Below are positions 28,001 to 38,169 of a DNA stretch of 64,000 bases, one piece after another. The position numbers and the translations under genes are program-made. The notes beneath the pieces are model-generated. The model saw only the letters and a list, made by a program, of their open reading frames with translations. It was not told the origin of the DNA and did no database searches. This stretch comes from a virus. Positions within the stretch are counted from its first letter, which is position 1. Each line of letters opens with the position of its first letter. Where the stretch lies: the IMG/VR virus record IMGVR_UViG_3300009103_000003, positions 117,200 through 181,199 of that record. One strand, given 5' to 3'.

Positions 28001-29945
28001 GTCGAGCACGTCCTGTGCCACGAATGCACATGTCGCCTTAACCATTTTCGGCCTCCGTTTTCCAGTGACTAAACGCGTCTTCTATCTCTTCTTTGGTGGG
28101 GACTCCGCGACCATCATCATGCCAGGGCTCTCCCTCATTTAGGCAGAACCCCTTTTCATCATAGAGGTCATAAAAGCGATCCCCGTCACTTTCGGGGTCA
28201 TCCCCCTGCCAGCACAGGTCTACCTCTACCTTCCGTCCATGTATCACGTACTTCGCAACACATTGATTATGTAGACCCCCCATCAGTATTCACACGAGGT
28301 GCTCATCGGATCACCAAGGCCGTTCAGGGTTTCACATACCCACCTGTTTAGGTCGTAATGTTCGATTGCTTCGGGCGTGACCACCGCTGCTGTGCCCACT
28401 ACATATCTATACTTCTCAGCACCAACTTCCATAAACGTTATGGACCATCCATCAGCGATGTGGGGCTGCATTTCTTTGAAGATGTCTAGGTCGTGATGTT
28501 CACCCGTATCTTCGTCCTCTACCCAGCAGGGGATGCTCCCGCAATCGCTGTTAGGACCAAAAAGAAACCCGTATAGTCTACCGTGTTCCTCTGTTTCATG
28601 AGTGATGACCTCCGCTTCAGGAATTGTCTCAGCCCACCGGAGGAACACCGCCTCGTCTTTAACTTTCACGTAGCTCGTTCGAGCCGTTGCATAATAATTG
28701 GCCATGTGGCATCTCCTCAAAAGAAGGTGTCCGGTCTTACACCCCGGACACCTATTAGTAGTTATTCTTCTTTTAGTTTCTTGAGACCGAAACAGTATTG
28801 GCACCCACCCGGATGACCGGGCGGCTGAATCTCGCGATCACACATACATAACCATAGATATTCGTTAACTAGGGTTTCTAGCCAACAGAATTCTATGGCG
28901 TCTTTGTAGGCTTCCTCAGCAGTTCTGTAGGGCCCAACTTTTTCCTTAACAATATATGAGTCTTGATAATCACAGCCATCCTTGAAAACCGCGTAGAACC
29001 ATTCCGCAGAAACTTGTGTTACACGGAACTTGAATGACGCAACACAAGCCCCAACCCCATCGCCTACAATGACCTCCCCTCCCCGAAGTGGGTCAGGGTA
29101 TGAGTCTATCCAATTAAACCACAGGGGAAGTTGGCTACTCATCGTCGTCTCATTACTTTTGCCCCACAACCTTTACTGGTTGACCGTGTCGGTCCATCAC
29201 AGTGAAAAATGAGTGGGCGGCAGCAACGCTATCGAGCAGGTAAGTCCGCAGGTCCCAATCCCAACATTCTGGTCTGTCCCTAGCGGGTACCCACACCACA
29301 ACGGGCGTGTAGTCCACAAACCTAGGACTCTCAATATCCCCACCAGAGTACGTCTCAATCTCACAGTCAGGAAAGGAGTCCTGGCAAGCCTCCTTACTGT
29401 GATAGACATCGAAAGACGTTAGTTGACCCTCGGGAAGATTCCCATCCACTAACGCTGGTTGGTAGTACTCTCCGTATACCTCATATAGTTTTGGTGTATT
29501 GTCTGTGTATGACATTTATTTTCTTTCCTTCGGTGCGCTGGGACCGCACCCTTTAGATCCCCGGTGCGCCTCCGCACCGTGTCCAGCATCACAAAAAAGA
29601 AAGGCCGGATGGGTTCCCCCACCCGGCCCTCCGGTTAATGTACTTATGTATTCTTGGTAGAGGCTACCGCTTCTTAATTCCCCAAGCTTCAGGGCAAGAC
29701 CAGAGCCAATCACTATCTGCCCACTCGGCCCATTGACTAGTTACCGGTGGCCTGGGCTCAGACTCTACATATTCTAGTAGGTATTCCGCATATGATTTGA
29801 GGACAGGCTTCCCTTCAAAGTTAAAGTAGTCCTCACCAACATGCTCACATTCAGCGTAAGCCTCTTTGAATGCCTTTACTTTTTCGGGAGCTAACCACGT
29901 AGAACTCCTGTTTGTTTGCTTAGCTATTAATCTTTCTATAGGCAT
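25067..29945 (-). other. Array of about 15 small co-oriented hypothetical genes (for example 25067-25273, 25580-25879, 25920-26414, 26407-26649, 26639-27067, 27054-27251, 27447-27719, 27661-27855, 27845-28045, 28038-28283, 28283-28705, 28762-29142, 29153-29515, 29664-29945)
   Basis: Overlapping start and stop codons, GGAG SDs, acidic or CxxC-containing small proteins typical of phage accessory regions. Confidence 0.7.
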
Positions 29946-29955
29946 TAGAACCTCC

Positions 29956-31302
29956 TTATTTACCCGCTTTAGCGGTAAGCTCCAAATGGAGCCCGTCTTC
30001 TATACGGGCATCTTCTTCACTATTAATCAACCTGAGTTCCCACTCAGGAGTATACACAATATTGCCCCACCCAGAGTACATTGGCTGTATGTCTAATGGC
30101 GCACCGAACTGTCTACCAGCCGAGCTAATCCAAAGTGGATTACGTTCGGTGCCCTCCTTGAAAGCTTCGTCATACTCAATACGCCTAGACTCGTTACCAG
30201 ACTCTGAGGCTACTCGAAGTCCTGAACGGTTATGCCGTATATCTTTGTATGTACCACGAGTTTCATGAGCACGCCAAGCTATAACTGTTTCCGGGGGGAT
30301 ATCGAACAGATTTCCAACGGTTTTCGATGGGAGGCCGTGGGCAGCACTTAGTGCAAAATTGCGTAGAGCGCTCTGGCTTTCCCTGCCTGGGATGGCTTCA
30401 AAACACATGAGGCTGGGCGAGTAAGTAAAGAGGTACTGCTCATAGACTTGAAGCTCGTGCAGCTTCGCAACTATGAAGTTCCCGCAGACAAATGGTGTAC
30501 CGTTACTATGATTGGATTTGCTGTGGTAGCAAAGCGCCATAACAGGTACGACCCCAAGCCCATGCTCCAGTAAGAGGACATTCAGACAACTTCGGAAAGC
30601 ATCCATTCTAATCAGCCCGGTACCGAGCGGTGTAAGCTTCCCATTCTTTACAGCGCTACGTAACCAATTGTCTGATTCATCATACCAGCCTGGGCCGTTT
30701 GCGTGGCTTAGCAAGCGCTTTCGTGCTCGCCCAATACACACTTTCGGGTCAAACATCTTTCCACGCATAAGGAGTTGATCTCCTGCTGAGTGACCAAACT
30801 TCTTACCCGCCTTCATAAGGTCCTTACGAATCTTTCTGGGGATGTTTGGGTGTAGGTGTTTATTCAGCTTAGCCGGGGCTTCTCGACCCTTCATCATGGT
30901 GATCCCCAAACACATAGGATATGTGCCAGCACCTAAAATTACTTTTCTGGCTGTATCTATGTTTTCGAGGGTTATTCCATTACAAAAATCTAGATGGGCT
31001 CCGTTATAGTCAACACAGCCTGCCCACTCCCCAGCTTCACCAGCCAGGGTGGTAATTCCTGGGTACAGTTCGCCACAGAAGTTTGCATATTCTGGATCTA
31101 GGTCTACTGCGGTGATTGTCTCAGGCTTAAACCCAAGCGCTTTTAGGGTGGAAACATCCCCACCCTCACCTGCCAAGACATAGGCACCTCGGTATTGGAC
31201 ATCCAGCGCTGTCATAACCATGCCAGCGTTGAGCCAAAGTCTCGCCCGAGCAACCTTCTTACCTGGGCTGTCGCCCTTGTAAGTGCTGTGTGTTCCGCTC
31301 AT
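29956..31302 (-). CDS. Hypothetical protein with SAM-methyltransferase-like N-terminal region
   Basis: YVLAGEGGD, TAVDLDPE and AHLDFC in Rossmann motif I/II/IV-like order. Confidence 0.4.
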   Translation of the reverse strand: MSGTHSTYKGDSPGKKVARARLWLNAGMVMTALDVQYRGAYVLAGEGGDVSTLKALGFKPETITAVDLDPEYANFCGELYPGITTLAGEAGEWAGCVDYNGAHLDFCNGITLENIDTARKVILGAGTYPMCLGITMMKGREAPAKLNKHLHPNIPRKIRKDLMKAGKKFGHSAGDQLLMRGKMFDPKVCIGRARKRLLSHANGPGWYDESDNWLRSAVKNGKLTPLGTGLIRMDAFRSCLNVLLLEHGLGVVPVMALCYHSKSNHSNGTPFVCGNFIVAKLHELQVYEQYLFTYSPSLMCFEAIPGRESQSALRNFALSAAHGLPSKTVGNLFDIPPETVIAWRAHETRGTYKDIRHNRSGLRVASESGNESRRIEYDEAFKEGTERNPLWISSAGRQFGAPLDIQPMYSGWGNIVYTPEWELRLINSEEDARIEDGLHLELTAKAGK

Positions 31303-31311
31303 TGCGCCCCC

Positions 31312-31656
31312 CTAGTAATCTTCTGGCAGAAGAATCGTGGTTGCACTGCGGTCCCATTCAGTGATTACCCAGAATTTTAGAGGCTCTTCCCCACTTTCCC
31401 AGTTGTACACAGAAAGCAACCTATTGCCGTTTTCTAGAGCGTGGTCATTTGTTTTAGAGTCTTCCGGGCAGCAATCTCCCCAGTCACCGCTTTGGTGTCG
31501 AATGAGTGCCAATTGAATAACCTCATCTGCGTTAATATCTTCGATTTCTTTTATTCGACTTATAAAGTTGCTCGTTGCAACCACTTGTCCCAAACAAAAT
31601 TTGGGCTCACCTAAATCCGCTATTAGCGGGTAATAACCGTTAATAATTGTTTCCAT
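31312..31656 (-). CDS. Conserved plasmid/phage protein
   Basis: RHQSGDWGD...NDHAL..G.RLLSVY...WVITEWDRSATTILLPEDY family signature. Confidence 0.75.
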   Translation of the reverse strand: METIINGYYPLIADLGEPKFCLGQVVATSNFISRIKEIEDINADEVIQLALIRHQSGDWGDCCPEDSKTNDHALENGNRLLSVYNWESGEEPLKFWVITEWDRSATTILLPEDY

Positions 31657-31668
31657 ACTATCCTCTTA

Positions 31669-32400
31669 TCAATACCACGTGTACATCCCGTGCCCACGCT
31701 CACCCCAGAAGCGACACCAGTTGGCCGCATCCCTTATGATTTTAAGCTCCTCTTTAATTTCCGCAGTTACCTGCTCACAATTTGCTTCGTAGTGGTCCGC
31801 TGCTTTATCTAGCGAAACCCCTAGTTCATACAATTCATCTGCATTCCTATCCGCATAACAATCTTCATCAAAACCCATCTCATGGAGACAAGCCATGTTG
31901 GCAATCTCCTTGCCCCGGAAACTTTCTGCGCCGGTAAAAATCCCGGTCACGGTGGCAATCCCATCAGAGGACACCAATTGAGGCACATAGAATCCTTTTC
32001 TGTCCTCCAAGAACTGCTCTATTGTTGGGAATAGCTCCCTAAGCTTCTCTGACTCCCCGTACTGCTTTTTGGCGTACTCCGTAGCAATATCGTCATAACC
32101 AACTCTAGGAGCCCCAAGGGTCTCCATAGGGCTTGTCACATTAGGTTCTCGCACACTTTCCCAATGACTTCGTTTCTTATCTAGTTCTTTGAAAATATCC
32201 GTTTTTCTAAACGCATCATCCACCGGGTTGGGGAAAATATGCGTTGAGACCTCAGGGTTTTCTTGCAATGCTTTATCAGCGTATTTTGCCCACTCCTCTG
32301 TGATCTCACTGTTTACCTTTTTCAGATGAGCTTCCGCGAATTTCACAGAAGCATCCATACCGGCGTTCACTTTGTCTCTCACACACCAATCCAGACCCAT
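31669..32400 (-). CDS. Hypothetical protein
   Basis: 243-aa ORF with GGAGG SD, MGLD start. Confidence 0.7.
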   Translation of the reverse strand: MGLDWCVRDKVNAGMDASVKFAEAHLKKVNSEITEEWAKYADKALQENPEVSTHIFPNPVDDAFRKTDIFKELDKKRSHWESVREPNVTSPMETLGAPRVGYDDIATEYAKKQYGESEKLRELFPTIEQFLEDRKGFYVPQLVSSDGIATVTGIFTGAESFRGKEIANMACLHEMGFDEDCYADRNADELYELGVSLDKAADHYEANCEQVTAEIKEELKIIRDAANWCRFWGERGHGMYTWY

Positions 32401-32523
32401 AGTTATCCTCCTTTAAGAGATAGGGTTATCACTTTACTTATACTGAAATATGGTTAATGTTTGCTGTAATGTTTGATATGTTATATACACATCACAGTAA
32501 AGTGCTTGTTAATAGGTAAATAT

Positions 32524-33051
32524 ATGCTTGAAAAAGAACGCGGGCCTTTTGTACACACCTGGACCGGGAGACGGTTCTACCTCACAGACCCAAAACCAGA
32601 AGAAGTTTTTATTGAAGATATCGCCCATGCACTGTCTTTACAGTGTAGGTTTAACGGGCACATTGACGAGCACTACTCGGTGGCCGAGCATAGCGTTATG
32701 GTTTCTAATATAGTTGAACAAGAAACAAATGACGCGCAGCTAGCTTTGGCTGGGCTTCTTCATGACGCCGCTGAGGCATACCTGGGGGACGTAGTCAGTC
32801 CTCTTAAGAAATTATTACCCACTTATAAAGATTTTGAGAAGTCTGTAGAGAGTTGTATTGCCTCTAGATTTTCCCTTATCTACCCGTTTCCTGAGGCCAT
32901 CCATGATGCGGATCGAACTGCCTTGGAGCAGGAATTTAAGTTTCTTTCCCCGTTTGTGCAGGAGCCTGACTATCCGTTTTGTCCCCTTTTGCCCAAAACC
33001 GCAGAGAAAGAGTTTCTGGCGCGGTACAACTTATTGATGGGGAGGGGATAA
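32524..33051 (+). CDS. HD-domain 5'-deoxynucleotidase-like (YfbR-like) hydrolase
   Basis: IEDIAHALS..CRFNGH..YSVAEHS and LLHDAAEAYLGD. Confidence 0.85.
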   Translation: MLEKERGPFVHTWTGRRFYLTDPKPEEVFIEDIAHALSLQCRFNGHIDEHYSVAEHSVMVSNIVEQETNDAQLALAGLLHDAAEAYLGDVVSPLKKLLPTYKDFEKSVESCIASRFSLIYPFPEAIHDADRTALEQEFKFLSPFVQEPDYPFCPLLPKTAEKEFLARYNLLMGRG

Positions 33052-33311
33052 TGGTACGGGCCGGTGAGCAGTGGAATCTGTGGGATTTCGTGGGGAGGGC
33101 GACTTCCAAGGAGACGGAAGCCCGGAATAAGATGGGGCCTTTTCGACTATCGGTTGACGATAACGTGATACCGAGACATATGGATTGCGGTAATTATGAC
33201 GCCTGTTTATCATACGCGTCTAAACATCGTTGGCCATCCTTTGGTTGTGATGGCTGTAGAAGAACACAGCATGGACGCTTTGTGGATGAAGTCCGTAGGA
33301 GAGATAAATGA
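33051..33311 (+). CDS. Small Cys-containing hypothetical protein
   Basis: TAATG coupling; C..Y..C...C..C. Confidence 0.55.
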   Translation: MVRAGEQWNLWDFVGRATSKETEARNKMGPFRLSVDDNVIPRHMDCGNYDACLSYASKHRWPSFGCDGCRRTQHGRFVDEVRRRDK

Positions 33312-34156
33312 CAGCCGATGAATATAACGCTAGGAGCATGTCTAAACTGGGGTGGACCAGGGAACACCTTGGGCTAGAAGACACTGCAACTCTTACAGAG
33401 ATCTCGGACGCGGTTAGAGATTTTCAGAAAGAGCAGGAGTTAGTTGTTGATGGCAAGTGTGGCCCGAATACGTGGAGAAGACTCCAAACCCAGGCAGAGT
33501 TTATTGCACATGAGCGCTATCCGGACGCTGAAGGGTTTATCACTGTCGGGGGTATTCTTAAGCCTGTCCCATTTAAGAGTATCCCGTGCACACCCGACTC
33601 AGCATACTCGCTAATTGGCGGGGGCCACTCTACCCGAAGAAAGGCACCAACCTCTGTTGTGTGGCATTGGGACGCAGCCCTTAGCGCAGAGTCTTGTTAT
33701 AAGATTCTCAAAAAGCGCGGTATATCTTGTCATGGTAGTATTGATAATGACGGGACACTCCTCCAACATCTTGATTTCCATGACCATGTAGGGTGGCACG
33801 CTGGGCATCGTAAGGTGAACAAGGTGTCCCTTGGTTTCGAGATTTCCGACGCGGTTTATATGAAGTACCAGAAGTATTACGAAAAACGTTGGGGACCACG
33901 CCCTGTATGGACAGCTAAGGTGCATGACAGCACTCCTACCTTCCTAGGATTGTACGAATCTCAAATTCAGACTTGTATAGCTTTAAGTAATTTCATATAT
34001 AACGAATTCGGTATTCCATTGGTGCACCCAAACTCAAACACTGTTATTGATGAGCCTGAAAATTTTGAGGGGCACCTAGCACACTTCCATATCACCAAAA
34101 GAAAGTGGGATGTGGCTGGATTTCCCTTTGACCGAGTTATGGAGGAGGCACGCTAA
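33308..34156 (+). CDS. N-acetylmuramoyl-L-alanine amidase with peptidoglycan-binding domain (endolysin-like)
   Basis: VRDFQ...LVVDGKCGPNTW PG-binding motif; VVWHWD, SCHG, WHAG, GFEI and AHFH amidase_2-like motifs. Confidence 0.8.
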   Translation: MTADEYNARSMSKLGWTREHLGLEDTATLTEISDAVRDFQKEQELVVDGKCGPNTWRRLQTQAEFIAHERYPDAEGFITVGGILKPVPFKSIPCTPDSAYSLIGGGHSTRRKAPTSVVWHWDAALSAESCYKILKKRGISCHGSIDNDGTLLQHLDFHDHVGWHAGHRKVNKVSLGFEISDAVYMKYQKYYEKRWGPRPVWTAKVHDSTPTFLGLYESQIQTCIALSNFIYNEFGIPLVHPNSNTVIDEPENFEGHLAHFHITKRKWDVAGFPFDRVMEEAR

Positions 34157-34882
34157 ATGTCATCAAGTAAGAAGCCGGATTTAAGTAAAATAAAGAAGAA
34201 GATCTCGGGAGAAGAACCCGAGCCACCCCCTCCCGTAGAGGAGCCAGAGGCCCCAAGGATTCGTCCGGAAACAATGCAGCAGATGCACGCGTACGCCAAG
34301 GACGTGGAAGCCATGCGCAAGGAGGACGAGGAGATTGCTGCGGAGCAGCACCGCGTAGAGCTTGAGGAATTACCAGAAGCGGTAAAAGAGGAAGCCGCCA
34401 AGTATCAAGCCGAGTCCATCTATTATAGAGGCACCCCAACAGACAACCCCGAAATTAGGGCGGCTATTGAGGAGCACTGTACTGGGATGGATTTCTCTGA
34501 TCTCGTCCTAACGGGGCGTGTATCACAGCATGTACCCATATTAGAGGACAAGCTTGTTGTCAGATATCGGTCCCTTCTCGCTTCGGAGAACTTTTGGATT
34601 GAGCGTCGCGCAGAAGGTGAGGCGGCGACTGACTGGGGGCTGCGAAGCTGGATGGGCTATGCGCGTCTTGTGTTGTCCGTCGATTCTATTAACGGTAATG
34701 CCTTCCCCCCATACGAGGTGAAGGAGGGAGAGATTGACAGCGATGCTTTTAATGATCGCTTCAAGAAGGTCATGAATATGGGGGAGAAGCTTGTTGAGCT
34801 TCTCCTTATCCACCTTCATTGGTTCAATGATCGCGTTGATCGTTTGTATACCGATGATTTTGAGAAACTAAAAAATGGGTAG
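34157..34882 (+). CDS. Probable tail assembly chaperone (G-like)
   Basis: Acidic helical protein ending LKNG with slippery A_AAA_AAT before the stop. Confidence 0.5.
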   Translation: MSSSKKPDLSKIKKKISGEEPEPPPPVEEPEAPRIRPETMQQMHAYAKDVEAMRKEDEEIAAEQHRVELEELPEAVKEEAAKYQAESIYYRGTPTDNPEIRAAIEEHCTGMDFSDLVLTGRVSQHVPILEDKLVVRYRSLLASENFWIERRAEGEAATDWGLRSWMGYARLVLSVDSINGNAFPPYEVKEGEIDSDAFNDRFKKVMNMGEKLVELLLIHLHWFNDRVDRLYTDDFEKLKNG

Positions 34883-35226
34883 AGTCTCCTATAGGCTGGG
34901 CACGTGCCAATTTGTTTTACGACAAAGTGGTTGCTCCACCCCGTCCTGGCAGCTTGCAGGAGGCTCTTTGCATATTGGTCCAACGATACCGGCAGGAGCA
35001 AGGTTTTTACCTTTCGTTGGCGCAACTGCATACGCAGGGCTCAAAAGAACAACAGGAAATGTTTGATGCGTATAAACGGGCAGCATATCCGTATATCGAG
35101 GCAACCGGAAGAAGCCATCGAGATCGTACAGCAGAGATTTTGGAGAGGGCGTTTGTGCAGGGGCCCTTTGTTATTAAGAATCTGTCTGACAAAGAAAAGT
35201 ATGAGGTAAAAGAAGATGACCAATGA
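34870..35226 (+). CDS. -1 frameshift extension (GT-like) of the preceding gene
   Basis: The -1 frame opens just before the slippery site and reads KWVESPIGWARANLFYDKVVAPP...; the only in-frame start is a TTG without SD. Confidence 0.55.
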   Translation, partial: KKWVESPIGWARANLFYDKVVAPPRPGSLQEALCILVQRYRQEQGFYLSLAQLHTQGSKEQQEMFDAYKRAAYPYIEATGRSHRDRTAEILERAFVQGPFVIKNLSDKEKYEVKEDDQ

Positions 35227-35578
35227 GATAAACAGCGGAATACTTATTATTGGGGTTAGCTCCACGGTTCTGTTTGACGGAGAAACATCCACAACAGAAC
35301 TTATACTGCTCAATTTAGCTACCGGAGTTGATTTTTCTTTGCCGGTTTCTGATGAGCAAGCTGGCCATGTGATGGCCCACTTAGAACCCATGATCCCGGA
35401 AGACGAGTCGGCTGGTCCCGCCCCAGAGGAGGCGCAGCCGTCTAACATTTCAGCGTTGGCGGGCCTTGTGGACCAACAAAGTGCGGAAGCATTTGCCAGG
35501 AAGATTGGTGTTGGCATGGGAGGTGCGGATGGCTCGGGCAATCCACCACAAGAAGCTGACGAGACACCGCAATTTTAA
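35216..35578 (+). CDS. Hypothetical acidic protein
   Basis: ORF overlapping the upstream stop. Confidence 0.6.
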   Translation: MTNEINSGILIIGVSSTVLFDGETSTTELILLNLATGVDFSLPVSDEQAGHVMAHLEPMIPEDESAGPAPEEAQPSNISALAGLVDQQSAEAFARKIGVGMGGADGSGNPPQEADETPQF

Positions 35579-36134
35579 TAAATACTGGGTATGCGCATCA
35601 TGTGGTCAACCAAGACGAAAAAAATCCCCCCAAACAAAGGCTTGCAAGCAATGCAGGTCCACGCTTCCCCCGCGAGTCCGGTTAACGACTCGGAGAGGGG
35701 AGGGGGACATAGCTCACCAGGACTCGAAGCGTTCAAAAGAGCTAATGAAGGCAGCGAACATTGTCCGCGAGGGTCTTCGGTTCGGGCACGGGAAATTCCC
35801 GCCAGCATTTCCGTCCAGAGAGATACTGGACTCCATAAAAGATTATTCACCAAACCCAAGAAGCAGGTTGTGGCTTTGTCAGGTATTCCTCGATGGGATC
35901 ACCTACAAGGGCACTTTAGAACAGGAGATCTGTTTGTTGAGTGTCGTAGAGGAGGTAGCAGAAGCTATGCTGTCTGAAAAAAAGATGATGCAAATTCGTA
36001 TATCGTCCGATTTACATAAATGGTTAAAACTCCATGCCGCAAAGCATGACACAACCATGACGGATATTATTATTCAATACTTAGAGTACCTCAGACGGAA
36101 GTCTAGCAAGACCGTAAAGGTGGAGCAGATATGA
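35529..36134 (+). CDS. Zn-finger plus ribbon-helix-helix DNA-binding protein
   Basis: GGAGGT SD at ATG 35529; CASC...CKQC; C-terminal MQIRISSDLHKWLKLHAAKHDTTMTDII RHH pattern. Confidence 0.6.
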   Translation: MARAIHHKKLTRHRNFNKYWVCASCGQPRRKKSPQTKACKQCRSTLPPRVRLTTRRGEGDIAHQDSKRSKELMKAANIVREGLRFGHGKFPPAFPSREILDSIKDYSPNPRSRLWLCQVFLDGITYKGTLEQEICLLSVVEEVAEAMLSEKKMMQIRISSDLHKWLKLHAAKHDTTMTDIIIQYLEYLRRKSSKTVKVEQI

Positions 36135-36691
36135 AGGACGGCTCAGCAGAGGACAGGTCAGCATCGTTGATGCTCTCAGTGGAGGAGATAGACACACCGC
36201 CTACTGTTGAGGGGATACTCTCTGTAATGAAGCGGGTCCTATCCAAGCCCTATGTCCAATCAATTATCCTAAGGACTGGGAGACCTATAGAGATCTCCTG
36301 GTACAAGGCCATTTCGGATTCCTTGCGTATCGGTGAGCCCGAGGACTCCGCAGATGTTGTTTTGGCCCGGATTGACCTCGAAGAGTTTTCCACATCCAAA
36401 TCACCCAAAGAAACTCTCTTGGAAGCACTTATGGCTTTGTCACATAGACAACTATTTTCGAGTCATTTGTTTGTGGGCTCCGTGCCTTTCTTCCGAGACT
36501 GGGTGGGCATCCCGTCTGTGCTCCCCCTGAATCAGGTAGACACTTTGGACGACCAGAAGGCCTATAATTTTATTGGGCTCAATCTTATTGAAGTTGAATC
36601 TCTAGCCGAAGACGTAGTTGTCCTTCTTGGGGCTGGGGCAAAAAACGCAACAATGACAGAGGTCAGCTTTGGCCTAAAAATCGTCACATAG
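36131..36691 (+). CDS. Hypothetical protein
   Basis: ATGA-coupled ORF. Confidence 0.7.
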   Translation: MKDGSAEDRSASLMLSVEEIDTPPTVEGILSVMKRVLSKPYVQSIILRTGRPIEISWYKAISDSLRIGEPEDSADVVLARIDLEEFSTSKSPKETLLEALMALSHRQLFSSHLFVGSVPFFRDWVGIPSVLPLNQVDTLDDQKAYNFIGLNLIEVESLAEDVVVLLGAGAKNATMTEVSFGLKIVT

Positions 36692-36701
36692 GAGATATGA
36701 C

Positions 36702-37175
36702 ATGGCTAGAAAAAAACAAGCACAGAAAAGTAAACCAGCAGTTTCGCTAGAGAAGCTTCAACTCGAAATGAAGGAGACCTTATCCGCCTTAGGTGGGTGC
36801 ATTGAGGTTGTTACCGCATCCAGCAGAAACGGGGATGTCCGTTTTCTTTGTCGTGTTCACGATGACGATTACTGGCTAAAGGTTCTGGCAGACTTTCTTG
36901 AGAACGAGGGGAGTTGGTACTCCTTTGTTGGTAAGAAATACTTTATGAGTAAAGGGAAGCTTGTTTTTGGCTGGGTCTTGATTTTTGAGTCGGAAGAAAT
37001 TGACCGGTCTATCCAAGAAATTCGCAAGCTCCTCCTCTCTATTCACACGAACCTTCGACCTAGCGCAGAACTGGCTCCCGGCGATGAGCCTGGGATGATC
37101 GAAGTGCCCCTTCCTTTTGTAGAGGGCTCTGGGTATGAGGACGAAATGCAGCAGCGGGTCCGCCCCACTAGATAA
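36702..37175 (+). CDS. Hypothetical protein
   Basis: AGGAG SD. Confidence 0.7.
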   Translation: MARKKQAQKSKPAVSLEKLQLEMKETLSALGGCIEVVTASSRNGDVRFLCRVHDDDYWLKVLADFLENEGSWYSFVGKKYFMSKGKLVFGWVLIFESEEIDRSIQEIRKLLLSIHTNLRPSAELAPGDEPGMIEVPLPFVEGSGYEDEMQQRVRPTR

Positions 37176-37187
37176 CGGTGTAATACG

Positions 37188-37829
37188 ATGCCTATTGTTG
37201 ATCCTAAATCAGTTCTTGCAGACTATGTTTTACAAGTAAGTGTTCACCATAGACCAAAGTCTATGAACCTACTTGGCTCTTTTCATATTTGGAAGAAGAG
37301 CGCTTGGTTTGGAAATGCTGATGAACTCCTAAAGTTTTGCTCGGAAGGGGGCTGCAAAGGGACCTTCAGTGATACGTTCACTCTTCCCGAGAGCGCCTTG
37401 GAAGCAATAGGCGAGGACAACATTGACGACCCCAGCAAGTGGCCTGCTCAGTACCAACGAGCGTATGATAATTGGTTCGTTTCCCCCGTCCTTTGCCCGA
37501 TCTGTGGCAATGTCGCTATCCGAGAGGAGTTGCCCGATACGTATGGGTTCAATATGCCAACGGCCCGAATCGCTACTAGGATGGCCGAGTTCTTTACGGT
37601 GTTACAGGGCTCTGCCGATGTGTATCTTGTTCGCACAAAAGAAGACCATGTCTTTCAGAAAGCGCGTTCAATGATAGGCGAAGCGGGGTTTAATTTTGAC
37701 AAGTACAAGAAAACGCTAGAGCTAGGGAGAGACAGGGACTGTGTCTTCTACTCACTGAAGAGTATTATCGGTGATACTGCAAGCGGTGGTGATTTAGCCC
37801 TGCGCTTTAAGGCTCTCTTGGAGGCATAG
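37188..37829 (+). CDS. Hypothetical protein with Cys motifs
   Basis: 213-aa ORF; CPIC. Confidence 0.7.
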   Translation: MPIVDPKSVLADYVLQVSVHHRPKSMNLLGSFHIWKKSAWFGNADELLKFCSEGGCKGTFSDTFTLPESALEAIGEDNIDDPSKWPAQYQRAYDNWFVSPVLCPICGNVAIREELPDTYGFNMPTARIATRMAEFFTVLQGSADVYLVRTKEDHVFQKARSMIGEAGFNFDKYKKTLELGRDRDCVFYSLKSIIGDTASGGDLALRFKALLEA

Positions 37830-37830
37830 C

Positions 37831-38169
37831 ATGAAGATTGAGGAAGTACTGGCCAAAATTACGGTTTTACAACACAGAATTGAGGTATATCGAGAGTTAG
37901 GGGCTTGCTTAGAGGAGTTTCTGCCTAATGATACGGGTGAGGACCCGGAACCATTAGAAGTTACTGACACTAGTTGTATAACCCCAAGAGTTACTTATGA
38001 GGCCATAGAGTTTGTCCTCAACGAGGTTAATAAGTTAAAGGTTTCTGAAGAGGAAGCACTAAAGGCGTTGAACGCCATGGAGACTAAAGATGGAAAATCC
38101 AAACCCGCAGCAAAACGCACAAGAAAACCCCCAGCAAAGTCAAAGCGCACAACAAAACCAAAGCGGTAA
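37831..38169 (+). CDS. Hypothetical protein with basic tail
   Basis: GGAGG SD. Confidence 0.65.
   Translation: MKIEEVLAKITVLQHRIEVYRELGACLEEFLPNDTGEDPEPLEVTDTSCITPRVTYEAIEFVLNEVNKLKVSEEEALKALNAMETKDGKSKPAAKRTRKPPAKSKRTTKPKR

Noticed and set aside
35570-35580. +1 frameshift at TTT TAA into the Zn-finger/RHH ORF
   Set aside because: An in-frame ATG at 35529 with a GGAGGT SD explains the downstream ORF without recoding.
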